NCBI GenBank assembly: GCA_036505215.1
Contig: DASXTW010000087.1
Coordinates: 23,886-87,885, forward strand
From: Actinomycetota bacterium
GTDB lineage: Bacteria > Actinomycetota > UBA4738
DNA length: 64,000 bases
Direction of reading: 5' to 3'
The notes under the pieces were generated by a model. The model was not told the DNA's origin. It did no database searches and was given only the letters and a program-made list of their open reading frames with translations. Below are positions 1 to 9,440 of this stretch, piece by piece (position 1 is the stretch's first letter; each line of letters starts with the position of its first letter). Both the position numbers and the translations under genes were made by a program.

Positions 1-582
1 GGCGAGAAACCCCGAGATGTGATTGCCCTGGATCCAGTTGTGGGCTTCGACCCCTGGCGGTGGGGCCATGTCGATCGCCAGGCCCGCCCGCCCGTCCTGG
101 CCGTCCAGCCACAGGTCCTCGATGCGGATGCCCTTGCGGCCCGGGGAGACGATCATCGCCTCGCCGGTCCAGCCGGGTCCGGCGAAGACCTCGCTGCCTC
201 GGCCGATCCCTCGGAGCGTCAAGTAATCGTGGGGGAGGACCAAGGGTGCGGTGACCCGATACACGCCCTGAGGGAACAGGACCAGCCCACCCCTGGTTCC
301 GACCGAGTCGATGGCCGACTGCACGGCAGCCGTGTCGTCGGCGGTCCCATCCCCAGCGGCCCCGAAAGCCCGAACGTCCGCCCACGGCCGTCCGCTCCCG
401 AAGAAGTTGTCCCCGGTGAAGGTATTGGGCGCGTCCAGGACGGCGAACTGGTCCGGTTCTGACGCGTCCGCCTCATCCCATGCGAGGAGTGACCTCCCGA
501 TGGCCATGCCCGCGGCGGCCACGGCGGACCCACCGAGGAACTGGCGGCGATCGAACGACGAGCGTTCCGGACTCTCCTTCAC
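1..582 (-). CDS. Tat-signal secreted right-handed parallel beta-helix protein (pectate-lyase-3 / GH28/55-like N-terminus), 5' end at GTG 582, runs off the window
   Basis: Manual minus-strand translation gives MKESPERSSFDRRQFLGGSAVAAAGMA (twin-arginine signal), then ...DVRAFGAAGDGTADDTAAVQSAIDS...GGLVLFPQGVYRV, the hallmark N-terminal motif of pectate-lyase-superfamily beta-helix proteins. An in-frame TAG sits 4 codons upstream of the GTG. Not in the ORF track because it is partial. Confidence 0.6.
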   Translation of the reverse strand, partial: MKESPERSSFDRRQFLGGSAVAAAGMAIGRSLLAWDEADASEPDQFAVLDAPNTFTGDNFFGSGRPWADVRAFGAAGDGTADDTAAVQSAIDSVGTRGGLVLFPQGVYRVTAPLVLPHDYLTLRGIGRGSEVFAGPGWTGEAMIVSPGRKGIRIEDLWLDGQDGRAGLAIDMAPPPGVEAHNWIQGNHISGFLA

Positions 583-692
583 GTCCGGAGACTAGGGGTC
601 GCCCGATCAGGGGAGCAATTGGTTGTTAGCCCTAGGAGAGATGGACTAAATGGCCTAGTGCGATTGGCCCCCATTGGCACCGGTGCCCAGGG

Positions 693-738
693 CCGGCCGC
701 GGTCACCGCTGATAGCCGGCCGCGGTCACCGCTGATAG
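693..738. repeat. Exact 23-bp tandem duplication (ccggccgcggtcaccgctgatag x2) spanning the stop codon of the epimerase gene
   Basis: Identical copies at 693-715 and 716-738, read directly from the sequence. Confidence 0.8.
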
Positions 739-1637
739 ACGGAGCGCATCCAGTCCACGGTCTTCGGGATTCCCACCTCGAGTGGCACGGTTGGGTCGTG
801 GTCAAGCTCGGCCCGGGCCCTCGAGCAGTCGACCACCTTGTCCCTGGTGGTCATGGGCTCGGACTCCAGGTAGCTCACGTGGGAGTCGTCCAGTGCGAGG
901 TACTCCAGGATCATGTCGTTCACCGACTTCATGTCGTGGAGCTCCTCGCCCCCCACGTTGTAGACCCGACCCGGCACGAAGCGGTCCGCGATGTTGGCCA
1001 GCGTCCGGCACGTGTCGCTCACGTACGTGGAGGTCCGTCGGTGGTCCAGGTAGATGTCCAGCGGTTGGCGGAACATGGCCCTGTAGATGAACTTGCAGAT
1101 CGCACTGCGATACTCGCTGAAGTACTCACCGGGACCGTAGGTGTTGAACAGCCGGACCCGAACGATCTGGGCGTTCCATTCCTCGGCCGCGTTGAGCGCC
1201 TGCATCTCGTTCACCCACTTGGACATGGCGTAGTCGTTGAGCTGGCGCATCGGGACGCGATCCAGCACGTCCTCGGCCATCACTCCGTCGTAGTCGCCGT
1301 ACACCTCGGAAGAGCTGAACAGGACGGAGCGGAATCCATGTCGCCGTTGCAGGGTCAGGAGGTTCTTGGTACCGACGGCGTTGGCCTTCCACATGGTCTC
1401 GTAGAAGTCCTCGCCGTTTCGCCGGCCGAACTCCGCGGCCAGGTGGTAGACGAGCTCGGGCCGGCACCGTTCGATGACGCCCTCGAACTGGCGGTACTCC
1501 CCGACGTCTCCCCGAAGGAACGTTCCCTCGTGGAAATGGCCGCGATCCATCCGCCATACCTCGTGGCCGCGCGCTTCCAGCTCCTCGACGAGATGCGTTC
1601 CCACCGCACCGCGCGACCCGGTTACCAAGATCCTCAC
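726..1637 (-). CDS. NAD-dependent epimerase/dehydratase (extended SDR family), nucleotide-sugar modifying
   Basis: N-terminal Rossmann motif MRILVTGSRGAVGTHL; YxxxK-containing SDR core; location in a glycosyltransferase cluster. Confidence 0.8.
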   Translation of the reverse strand: MRILVTGSRGAVGTHLVEELEARGHEVWRMDRGHFHEGTFLRGDVGEYRQFEGVIERCRPELVYHLAAEFGRRNGEDFYETMWKANAVGTKNLLTLQRRHGFRSVLFSSSEVYGDYDGVMAEDVLDRVPMRQLNDYAMSKWVNEMQALNAAEEWNAQIVRVRLFNTYGPGEYFSEYRSAICKFIYRAMFRQPLDIYLDHRRTSTYVSDTCRTLANIADRFVPGRVYNVGGEELHDMKSVNDMILEYLALDDSHVSYLESEPMTTRDKVVDCSRARAELDHDPTVPLEVGIPKTVDWMRSVYQR

Positions 1638-1757
1638 CGGTCACCCTCCTCCTTACGGTCTTCAGGCTGGGGAATCGACCGTTCGGCCGCGCGCTTTAGC
1701 GGATTCTAGGACCGGGTTCGTCCGGATCCGGGAGGTGCGTCGATATAGTGGCGCAGG

Positions 1758-2993
1758 ATGCGGATCCTGTTCGTCAACCAGTACTTCCCACCCGACGCGA
1801 CCAATACGGCCTATCTCCTAGGTGAGCTGTGCGAGGACCTCGCCAAGAGTCACGAGGTATGGGTGCTCGCCGGGCGTCCCAGCTACAACCCCGAGGCCAG
1901 CACGTACCAACCGCGAGGAGTTCACATACGTCGTGCCTGGTCGACGTCGTTCGGCCGAGCGGGGATGGGCGGGCGCCTCGTGAACTATGGCTCGTACCTC
2001 GCCTCGGCGCTGCTCTCGGCTCTGCGGGTCCCCCGGCCGGACGTGGTGGTGGCCCTGACCGATCCTCCGGTGATCGGCGCCATCGGGTTGATCGCTGCCC
2101 GGCGCCATCGGGCTCCCTTCGTCCAGGTGTACATGGACATCTATCCCGACGTGGGCATCGCCCTGGGCCGGGTCGATCACCCGCTCCTGGTCCGGTTGTG
2201 GCGCCGCCTGAATGAGGCGATCCGGTCGAGGACGGAGCGGGTCGTGGCCATCGGCAGGGACATGGTCGAAAAGCTCGAGGACGAGGGCGTGGAGCCGGCC
2301 AAGATCGTGCTCATTCCGAACTGGGCCGAAACGATCCCCATCGACACCGAGCGTGCCCGCCGGGCGCGAGTAGCCATGGGGTGGGAAGGCCGCTTCGTGG
2401 TCCTGCACGCGGGAAACGTCGGTCTGGCCCAGAACCTCGGCGTTCTGATCGAGGCCGCCGGCCGGCTGCAGGATCGGCCCGATGTCCTGATCACGTTCCT
2501 CGGGGACGGGGCCGCCCGGAGCCGCCTGGAGGACCAGGTCCGCGCCAGAGGCCTGCCGAACGTGGCATTCCTGCCTCACGTCCCCAAGGAGGAGGCCCAG
2601 CACCTGATCGCTGCCGCGGACGTGCACGTGGTGTCGCTGGCCCCGGGTCTGCGCGGCTGCGTCGTTCCCAGCAAGATCTACGGGATCATGGCGGCAGGCA
2701 AGCCGTTCGTGGCTGCCGTCGAGCGCGGGTCCGAACCCGCCCGCCTCCTCGAGGAGCACAGGTGCGGGATACGGGTCGATCCGGGTGACGTCGAGGAGCT
2801 GGCCCGAGCCATCCGCACGCTCCGAGACCATCCCGATCGCCGGATGGGCCGCCGGGGCCGGGCTGCGTTCGAGAGGACGTATCACCGGGAGGCCGCAACG
2901 TCCGCCTACCGGGCCATGCTGGAGGAAGTCGTACTCGATGGACGTGCGCGTTTTCCGGCGAAGTTCCACCAAAGTCGCGTACGTAAGCCATAA
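1758..2993 (+). CDS. GT4-family glycosyltransferase (WcaI-like)
   Basis: MRILFVNQYFPPD... start and the C-terminal GT-B retaining GT4 signature (…GNVGLAQNL…E…E). Confidence 0.8.
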   Translation: MRILFVNQYFPPDATNTAYLLGELCEDLAKSHEVWVLAGRPSYNPEASTYQPRGVHIRRAWSTSFGRAGMGGRLVNYGSYLASALLSALRVPRPDVVVALTDPPVIGAIGLIAARRHRAPFVQVYMDIYPDVGIALGRVDHPLLVRLWRRLNEAIRSRTERVVAIGRDMVEKLEDEGVEPAKIVLIPNWAETIPIDTERARRARVAMGWEGRFVVLHAGNVGLAQNLGVLIEAAGRLQDRPDVLITFLGDGAARSRLEDQVRARGLPNVAFLPHVPKEEAQHLIAAADVHVVSLAPGLRGCVVPSKIYGIMAAGKPFVAAVERGSEPARLLEEHRCGIRVDPGDVEELARAIRTLRDHPDRRMGRRGRAAFERTYHREAATSAYRAMLEEVVLDGRARFPAKFHQSRVRKP

Positions 2994-3059
2994 GCTTTAG
3001 CCCGCGCGGTCCGATAAACGAGAGGAAACGCTCGACATATCCGAGTAGATCGGACCAAC

Positions 3060-4175
3060 GTGACCCCGCGCCCATTCGTTTACCTGATGTGGTTCGGTGG
3101 GTCAGCCGGCATAACCGCCGCGCTCACCCCAGGTGCCCGGAGGATCGCCCATCGTTTCGGACTCGTCGACAGGCCGGGCGGTCAGAGCTACAAGTGGCAT
3201 CACACGCCCACCGCCTACCTCGGGGGCCTGGTCATCGCGCTGGCCGTCCTCGTGGTGGGCACCTTTGGGACTCGAGGACACAGTCCGGCGGATCGGGCCA
3301 CGGTGATCCTGTTGGGGGGCCTGGTCTGCGCGCTGGTCGGGGCGTGGGATGACTGGCGGTCGCTCGGAGTGGGGCCGAAGCTGCTGCCGACCCTCGTGGG
3401 TGGGGCGGCCGTATGGACGGCGGGTGTGCGGGTGGGCCTTTCCGGCAACGCCGTCGTGGACCTGGTCCTCACCATGGCCTGGATCGTGGTGGTGACCCAT
3501 GCGGTGAACGTCATCGACAACATGGACGGTGTCGCCGTCGGTCTGGCGGCCATCTCAGCGACGGGGGTCTTCGCCATCGCCATGACCAGCGGCCAGACCC
3601 GCGTGGCCGTGATGGCAGCAGCGGTCGCCGGCGCGAGCCTGGGCTTCGTCCCATTCAATTTCCGCAGAGCCACGGTGTTCCTGGGCGACGCGGGGACCCT
3701 GTTCCTCGGGTTCATGCTGGCCTCGCTGGCCCTTGCGCTGGACATTCAGGTTGGCTCGGCCGTCACCCGGGTCACCGTGCCGGTGCTTCTGATGGGGGTA
3801 CCGGTGTTCAACACGTTCCTGGTCGTCGTCTCCCGGACCCGCGGGGGGCGACGCATCACCGTCGGCGGCACCGATGGCGTGGCCCATCGCCTGGTGGCCC
3901 TTGGCCTCAGCCGGAGCCTTGCCGCCGTGGCCTTCTGGACCGCGGGAGCCCTCTGCTCTGGCTTGGCCGTCCTGGTCTCCCGGCTCGGAATGGGAGTGGC
4001 AGCCGTCGTCGCCGGCGTGGTCATGGTGTCGGGGGCGACGGGCGTATGGCTCTTCGACAGGGTCGACACGGTCACCGGGGAGAGTGGGCCGGCCGGACGT
4101 CCTCTCCTTGTTCGCTGGCCCCGCGGCTCCCGAGTCCTGGCCGGCACCGAACCCAGAGTGGAGCAGGCGCCGTGA
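3060..4175 (+). CDS. Polyprenyl-phosphate N-acetylhexosamine-1-phosphate transferase (WecA/MraY/TagO family), polymer-initiating enzyme
   Basis: Multi-transmembrane protein with the MraY/WecA motifs VNVIDNMDGVAVG and DAGTLFLGF. Confidence 0.8.
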   Translation: MTPRPFVYLMWFGGSAGITAALTPGARRIAHRFGLVDRPGGQSYKWHHTPTAYLGGLVIALAVLVVGTFGTRGHSPADRATVILLGGLVCALVGAWDDWRSLGVGPKLLPTLVGGAAVWTAGVRVGLSGNAVVDLVLTMAWIVVVTHAVNVIDNMDGVAVGLAAISATGVFAIAMTSGQTRVAVMAAAVAGASLGFVPFNFRRATVFLGDAGTLFLGFMLASLALALDIQVGSAVTRVTVPVLLMGVPVFNTFLVVVSRTRGGRRITVGGTDGVAHRLVALGLSRSLAAVAFWTAGALCSGLAVLVSRLGMGVAAVVAGVVMVSGATGVWLFDRVDTVTGESGPAGRPLLVRWPRGSRVLAGTEPRVEQAP

Positions 4176-5173
4176 GATATCTGGTCACCGGGGGAGCGGG
4201 CTTCATCGGCTCCCACCTGGCCGATGCCCTGGTCACACGAGGAGACTCGGTCCTCCTGTTCGACAACTTGTCGACCGGGAGGCTCGACAACATCCAGCAC
4301 CTCATCGGGGGGCAACACTCGGGGGCGGTGGAGTTCCGCTCGGGCACGGTCCTCGACTATCCCCTGGTCGAACGCCTGGTCCATGAAGTGGACGTCGTGG
4401 TGCATCTGGCGGCCTCCGTGGGCGTGCAGCTCATCGTCAGCCGGCCGCTGGAGACCCTGCTCAACAACGTCCGGGGCACCGAGATCCTGCTGGACGCGGC
4501 GTCCCGGCACGGTCGAAAGGTCCTGGTCGCCTCCACTTCGGAGATCTACGGGAAGAACGCGGCCGGGCCCTTGCACGAGGATTCGGATCGAATCCTCGGT
4601 TCCCCCTTCAAGGCCAGGTGGGCCTACTCCACATCCAAGGCGGTGGACGAGATCCTGGCGTACGAGTACTGGCGGGAACGAGGGCTGCCCACCATCGTGG
4701 TCCGGCTCTTCAACTGCTCGGGTCCGCGGCAGACCGGGGCGTACGGGATGGTCATACCTCGCTTCGTCCGACAGGCGCTGACCGGCGAGGACCTGACGGT
4801 CTTCGGCGACGGGACCCAGAGCCGGTGTTTCTGCCACGTCGTGGACACAGTTGACGCCCTGCTTCGGCTGCTCGATTCCCCCTGGGGCGTGGGCGACGTC
4901 TTCAACATTGGATCGCACAACGAGATCAGCATCTTGGGGCTGGCCGATCTGGTCATCCATCTGACCGGCTCCTCTTCGGGCGTTCGGATGGTGCCGTACG
5001 GCGAGGCGTACGAGCCCGGTTTCGAGGACATGGAGCGTCGCTTGCCCGACATCGGCAAGATCACGCGGGTCACGGGATGGATCCCCACCAAGTCTCTGGA
5101 AGAGATCATCCGTGACGTTGTGCAGTACGAGCTGGAGCGGGCGGTACTGATCGGATCTGGGGGAGGGAACTGA
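4172..5173 (+). CDS. NAD-dependent nucleotide-sugar epimerase/dehydratase (UDP-GlcNAc/UDP-GlcA 4-epimerase or UXS-like)
   Basis: Starts at GTG 4172, overlapping the upstream stop (GTGA). MRYLVTGGAGFIGSHL Rossmann motif and YxxxK. The 586-aa ORF in the track is an artefactual 5' extension in the same frame. Confidence 0.8.
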   Translation: MRYLVTGGAGFIGSHLADALVTRGDSVLLFDNLSTGRLDNIQHLIGGQHSGAVEFRSGTVLDYPLVERLVHEVDVVVHLAASVGVQLIVSRPLETLLNNVRGTEILLDAASRHGRKVLVASTSEIYGKNAAGPLHEDSDRILGSPFKARWAYSTSKAVDEILAYEYWRERGLPTIVVRLFNCSGPRQTGAYGMVIPRFVRQALTGEDLTVFGDGTQSRCFCHVVDTVDALLRLLDSPWGVGDVFNIGSHNEISILGLADLVIHLTGSSSGVRMVPYGEAYEPGFEDMERRLPDIGKITRVTGWIPTKSLEEIIRDVVQYELERAVLIGSGGGN

Positions 5174-5174
5174 C

Positions 5175-6908
5175 ATGACTGGTCCCGACCAGCACACGTC
5201 CGACCTCCGCGACTACGTGCGGGTGCTGATGGCCCGCAAGTACGAGATCGCCATCGTTACCGGCCTCGTGTTCATCGCAACGGCGTTCCTCACCTTCCGT
5301 CAGACCCCCATGTACCAAGGGGTGACGAAGGTGTTGGTGAAGCCGGTTCAGAACCCGGCGACGTCCCTGGCCATCGCCCAGCAGCCGAACCTGGACACCG
5401 AACGGGAGCTCGTCCTGTCCGAGGCGGTGGCCCGAAAGGTCCAGGAGAACGCCAAGGTGTCTCTTTCGGTGTCGGCGCTGCTCAGGCACGCTCGCGTCCA
5501 AGTGCTGACGGACACCGAGGTGATGGAAGTCAAGTACGTGGACCCCGACCCTGCCACGGCGGCCCGACTGGCCAATGCCTTCGCCACCGCGTACGTGGAG
5601 TTCCGGAGTGAGCAGACCCTCGATCAGTTCCAGGCCGCGGCGGTGGCCGTCCAGAGGCGGATCGACGGGATACAGGAAAGCCTCTCGTCGTTGAACCAGA
5701 AGATCCAGGAGACGAAAGATCCATCCTCCCGGGCAACGCTTCAGGCACAGCGTGACGCGCTGGTGGCGTCGCTGGGGGTCCTGCAAGAGCGCCTGCTCGA
5801 CGTGCAATCGAACGCGTCCGTCGCCCAGGGAGGGGCCCAGATCGTGCAGCGTGCAGATCAGCCGCGCTCGCCGGTCAGCCCGAACAAGCGTCGCGACGCC
5901 GCGCTCGCGCTTCTCGCCGGCCTCGCCCTGGGCATCGGGCTGGCCTTCCTCAGGGAGCGTCTGGACGATCGGGTCAAGACCCGGCAGGAGATCGAGCGAC
6001 GGCTGGGCGCGCCCGTGATCGCCGTCGTGCCCAGGATCGGAACGTGGCGGCGGAATGACGCCCCGCAGCTCGTCATGCGGTCCAACCCGAAGAGCCCGGT
6101 CAGCGAGGCCTACCGGACCCTGGGCACGAACATCTTGTACGCGGCGTCGCAACAGCCCCTCAAGGTGCTCATGGTCACCAGCTCGCTCGGCGGCGATGGG
6201 AAGTCGACGACGTCGTCGAATCTCGCGGTGGCGCTGGCGCGCGCGGGGAAGCGGGTGATCGTGGTCTCGGCGGACCTGCGTAGGCCACGACTCCACGATT
6301 TCTTCGGACTCCCCAACGACGTTGGTCTGTCGAACCTGTTGTCCGATTCGATCCGGCTGGCCAGGGCGACGAAGGACCCGGGGATCCCGAACCTCCGGGT
6401 GATCGGGGGCGGGCCGATCCCTCACGACCCCGCAGCCTTGCTCGGTGGCAGGCGGGCGGAGGAATTCGTGCGGTCGGTTCGGGAGGTCTCCGACTTCGTC
6501 ATCATCGACACTCCGCCGGTGCTTGCGGTGGCCGATGCCTCGATCCTGGCGCCACACGTGGACGGCGCGGTGTTCGTGCTGAACGCCGAGCGAAGCAGCA
6601 GATCGGCCCTCATCCAGGCCCGGGATCAGCTCGAGCAGGCGGGGGCGCACATCATCGGCGCCGTGTACAACAACTTCGATCCGAGCCAGAGCACCGCGTA
6701 CCCCTACTACTACAGCTACTACAAGGAGGACCGAGCAGCCGAACGCGGTTCGATGGGCGGGAAACGCGCGAAGTTCGGAGATCGGCGCCGCCAGTCGCGC
6801 TACCCGTCCTCGGACGTCAGGTCAGGCAACGGGAGCGGGACTGAGCCGGAAGGTCTCGCCGTGCCGCCCGCCGAGCTGGTCTCGCCGGAGGGGCGAGAGG
6901 GACTGTGA
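5175..6908 (+). CDS. Polysaccharide co-polymerase fused to bacterial tyrosine autokinase (Wzc/CapAB-like BY-kinase)
   Basis: Two transmembrane segments flank a coiled periplasmic Wzz-like domain. Walker A SSLGGDGKST, Walker A' VIVVSADLRRP, Walker B FVIIDTPP, C-terminal tyrosine cluster YPYYYSYY. Confidence 0.8.
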   Translation: MTGPDQHTSDLRDYVRVLMARKYEIAIVTGLVFIATAFLTFRQTPMYQGVTKVLVKPVQNPATSLAIAQQPNLDTERELVLSEAVARKVQENAKVSLSVSALLRHARVQVLTDTEVMEVKYVDPDPATAARLANAFATAYVEFRSEQTLDQFQAAAVAVQRRIDGIQESLSSLNQKIQETKDPSSRATLQAQRDALVASLGVLQERLLDVQSNASVAQGGAQIVQRADQPRSPVSPNKRRDAALALLAGLALGIGLAFLRERLDDRVKTRQEIERRLGAPVIAVVPRIGTWRRNDAPQLVMRSNPKSPVSEAYRTLGTNILYAASQQPLKVLMVTSSLGGDGKSTTSSNLAVALARAGKRVIVVSADLRRPRLHDFFGLPNDVGLSNLLSDSIRLARATKDPGIPNLRVIGGGPIPHDPAALLGGRRAEEFVRSVREVSDFVIIDTPPVLAVADASILAPHVDGAVFVLNAERSSRSALIQARDQLEQAGAHIIGAVYNNFDPSQSTAYPYYYSYYKEDRAAERGSMGGKRAKFGDRRRQSRYPSSDVRSGNGSGTEPEGLAVPPAELVSPEGREGL

Positions 6909-8233
6909 GCACCGAGCTGACGGCCCGCGTCACTCCGGACGTCTCGACCGGCCTGCGCCAGCGGATCGAGGAACGCAGGGCCACGGTGGCACTGGTCGGG
7001 CTGGGGTATGTGGGACTTCCGCTCCTCGTGGCGGTCTCGTCCGAAGGCTTCCCGGTGATCGGCGTCGACATCGACCGGCGCAGAGTCGCGGCGCTGGCCG
7101 AAGGACGCTCCTACGTCGTCGACGTCTCTGACCAGGAACTGAGTGCGCTCACCCGCGCGCACTTCACTACGGAAGCTGCCGCTCTACGCAGCGCCGACGT
7201 GATCATCATCGCCGTCCCGACACCGCTCTCCGACGGCGTCCCGGACCTGTCGGGCGTCAGGCAGGCTGCGGCCGACGTGGCTGGCGTCCTTCGGCCCGGG
7301 CATCTGGTGATCCTCGAATCCACGACGTACCCGGGCACCACCGAAGAGGTCGTTCGTCCGATTCTCGAGGCCTCGGGCCTGGTGGCCGGGAGGGACTTCT
7401 TCCTCGCGTACTCCCCCGAGCGGATCGACCCCGGCCGATACCACCGGTTTCGGGACACGCCGAAGATCGTCTCGGGGATCGAAAGAGCCGACACCGAGAT
7501 GGTGGAGCTCTTCTACAAGCAGCTCGTGTCGAAGGTTGTGACGACCCCCACTCCCCGAGAGGCCGAGATGGCCAAGCTGATCGAGAACACCTATCGCCAG
7601 GTGAACATCGCGCTGGTCAATGAATTGGCCACGCTGGCAGGTGACCTTGGTGTGGACATCTGGTCGGCGATCGAAGCCGCCGCGACCAAGCCCTTCGGGT
7701 ATCAGCCGTTCTGGCCAGGACCCGGCGTGGGAGGACACTGCATCGCCATAGACCCGAGCTACCTCTCCTGGCGCGTCGGCCAGCGCCTGGGATTCGGTAT
7801 CGGCTTCGTGGAGCATGCAAAGGAGGTCAACAACCGGATGCCCGCCTATGTGGCCTCTCGCATCGGCCAGGCGCTCAACGACGTGGGCAAGCCCATCCGT
7901 GAATCGCGGATCATGGGGATCGGCCTGGCGTACAAGGCCGACGTCAACGACATCCGGGAGTCGCCCTCACTGATGGTGATGGAACGCCTGGCCCGATCTG
8001 GGGCCAGCTGCACCTACCACGACCCGTACGTCCCGACCGCCCGCATCCTGGGTGAGGAGCTCACCTCGCAGCCGCTGGATCCGGAGATCCTCGAGCAGCA
8101 GGACTGCGTGGCCATCCTGACCGCCCACGAGACCGTGGACTACGCTGCCGTCGTCCTCTCGGCCCCGCTCGTCTTCGACGCTCGAGGGGTGACCCGGAAG
8201 ATGCTCAAGGCCCCCAACCTGGTGCTTCTCTAA
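6905..8233 (+). CDS. UDP-sugar 6-dehydrogenase (UDP-ManNAc / UDP-glucose dehydrogenase family, WecC/Cap5O-like)
   Basis: N-terminal NAD fold VALVGLGYVGLPL, catalytic Cys region GGHCIAIDP, C-terminal UDP-binding domain. Confidence 0.8.
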   Translation: MSTELTARVTPDVSTGLRQRIEERRATVALVGLGYVGLPLLVAVSSEGFPVIGVDIDRRRVAALAEGRSYVVDVSDQELSALTRAHFTTEAAALRSADVIIIAVPTPLSDGVPDLSGVRQAAADVAGVLRPGHLVILESTTYPGTTEEVVRPILEASGLVAGRDFFLAYSPERIDPGRYHRFRDTPKIVSGIERADTEMVELFYKQLVSKVVTTPTPREAEMAKLIENTYRQVNIALVNELATLAGDLGVDIWSAIEAAATKPFGYQPFWPGPGVGGHCIAIDPSYLSWRVGQRLGFGIGFVEHAKEVNNRMPAYVASRIGQALNDVGKPIRESRIMGIGLAYKADVNDIRESPSLMVMERLARSGASCTYHDPYVPTARILGEELTSQPLDPEILEQQDCVAILTAHETVDYAAVVLSAPLVFDARGVTRKMLKAPNLVLL

Positions 8234-8238
8234 CCCGG

Positions 8239-8631
8239 TTACTTGACCTCGACGCCCGCTCCTGCGGCCTCGAGCTTCTCCTTGGCCGCCTCAGCCTGCT
8301 CCTTGGGCACCCGTTCGAGCACCGGCTTGGGCGCGCCGTCCACCAGGTCCTTGGCCTCCTTCAGCCCCAGGTTGGTCAGGGCCCGCACTTCCTTGATGAC
8401 CTGGATCTTCTTGTCCCCGGCCGACTGAAGGATCACGTCGAACTCGGTCTGCTCCTCGACCTCCTCCTCGGCGCCGGCGGCGCCGGCACCCGGAGCAACC
8501 CCGGCCACGGCCATCGGCGCGGCCGCCTGGATGCCGAACTCCTCCTCGATCTTCTTGGAGAGATCGGCCGCCTCGATCACGGACAGTTCCTTGATCGCGT
8601 CGAGGATCTCGTCAACGGATAGCTTTGCCAT
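8239..8631 (-). CDS. rplL: 50S ribosomal protein L7/L12
   Basis: [24 protein letters not shown]...GAGVEVK, a near-canonical L7/L12 sequence. Confidence 0.95.
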   Translation of the reverse strand: MAKLSVDEILDAIKELSVIEAADLSKKIEEEFGIQAAAPMAVAGVAPGAGAAGAEEEVEEQTEFDVILQSAGDKKIQVIKEVRALTNLGLKEAKDLVDGAPKPVLERVPKEQAEAAKEKLEAAGAGVEVK

Positions 8632-8658
8632 CTTCGTTCCTCCTGTTCCTTCTCTCTC

Positions 8659-9183
8659 TCAGGTCATCTCGGTTGCCTGTCGCCCTCGCTCCGCGAGGGC
8701 ATAGGCCAGGCGCTGAAGCGGCGCCTGAAGCAGGTACGCCATCCGGGCCAGCGGAGCCTGCAGCATCCCGGCGATCTTGCCCAGGGAGACCTCCCGCGTA
8801 TCGATCGTTGCCAGCGCCCGGGCGTCCTCGGCTCCCAGCACTCTGCGATCGATGATGGCGCCTTTGACCTCCAGGGTGGGGAACCGCTTCGTCGCGTCCA
8901 GGACGGCTTTGGCTCCCGACACGGCGTCCCCGGTGATGAACGCGATGGCCGTAGGTCCCTCCAGCAGGGCGAGCACGTCCTCCAGCCCGGCATCCTTGGC
9001 CGCGAGCTTGGTCAGTGTGTTCTTCACCACGGCGAACGTGGCGTCGTGGTCACGGAGAGACCGCCGGAGCTCGGTTGCGTCCTTCACCGTGAGGCCTCGG
9101 AAGTCGGCGAACATCGCCCCCTGCGAATTCTTGAAGCGCTCGGTCAGCTCCTTGACCTTCGCTTCCTTCTCGGCCCTCGGCAT
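8659..9183 (-). CDS. rplJ: 50S ribosomal protein L10
   Basis: Typical L10 sequence. Sits immediately upstream of rplL on the same strand. Confidence 0.95.
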   Translation of the reverse strand: MPRAEKEAKVKELTERFKNSQGAMFADFRGLTVKDATELRRSLRDHDATFAVVKNTLTKLAAKDAGLEDVLALLEGPTAIAFITGDAVSGAKAVLDATKRFPTLEVKGAIIDRRVLGAEDARALATIDTREVSLGKIAGMLQAPLARMAYLLQAPLQRLAYALAERGRQATEMT

Positions 9184-9420
9184 GTCACCTCGCTCTGTCT
9201 CTACTCATCCTTGGGGAAATGAAAGGCGCCCCCGCCGAACCCAAGGCGGAGGCGAACGCGTGACGTTCTCTCGCCTCGGCAGGTACCTCGCGAAGAGGAT
9301 TACGCGCGCTCGCCCCTGCTGTCTTCGGCAGCAAGAAGACTACGGGCGGGACAGCCGCAGCGTCAACAGAGGAGCCACGGGGGATCGTCCAATGACGTCC
9401 GGTCGGTTTGTGAAGCCCTA
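9184..9420 (-). promoter_or_regulatory. Putative rplJ 5' leader (L10 leader autoregulatory region)
   Basis: About 240 nt of untranslated, structured GC-rich sequence directly upstream of rplJ. L10(L12)4 autoregulatory leaders occupy this position in most bacteria. Called from position only. Confidence 0.35.
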
Positions 9421-9440
9421 GCGACAGTCGAGTGACAGCA

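Noticed and set aside
798-1709. Long antisense ORFs overlapping real genes. Examples: 798..1709, 1818..2972, 3746..5197, 5106..6650, 15438..17018, 16337..17521, 18153..19823, 31768..32859, 33081..34430, 35248..37170, 39124..40203, 39948..41411, 40793..42316, 45809..47257, 51823..54072 and 53858..55840.
   Set aside because: Their composition is Arg/Pro/Gly-rich and low-complexity, typical of stop-poor alternative frames in ~70% GC DNA. Each overlaps a gene with clear family motifs on the other strand.
3413-5173. 586-aa ORF
   Set aside because: Its first 253 codons lie inside the WecA-family gene in another frame. The real epimerase gene starts at GTG 4172 with the GxGxxG motif.
8234-8238. Expected intrinsic terminators between convergent rplL and the sugar dehydrogenase
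   Set aside because: Only 5 bp separate the two stop codons, so there is no room for a hairpin. Termination must occur inside the opposing gene or be factor-dependent.
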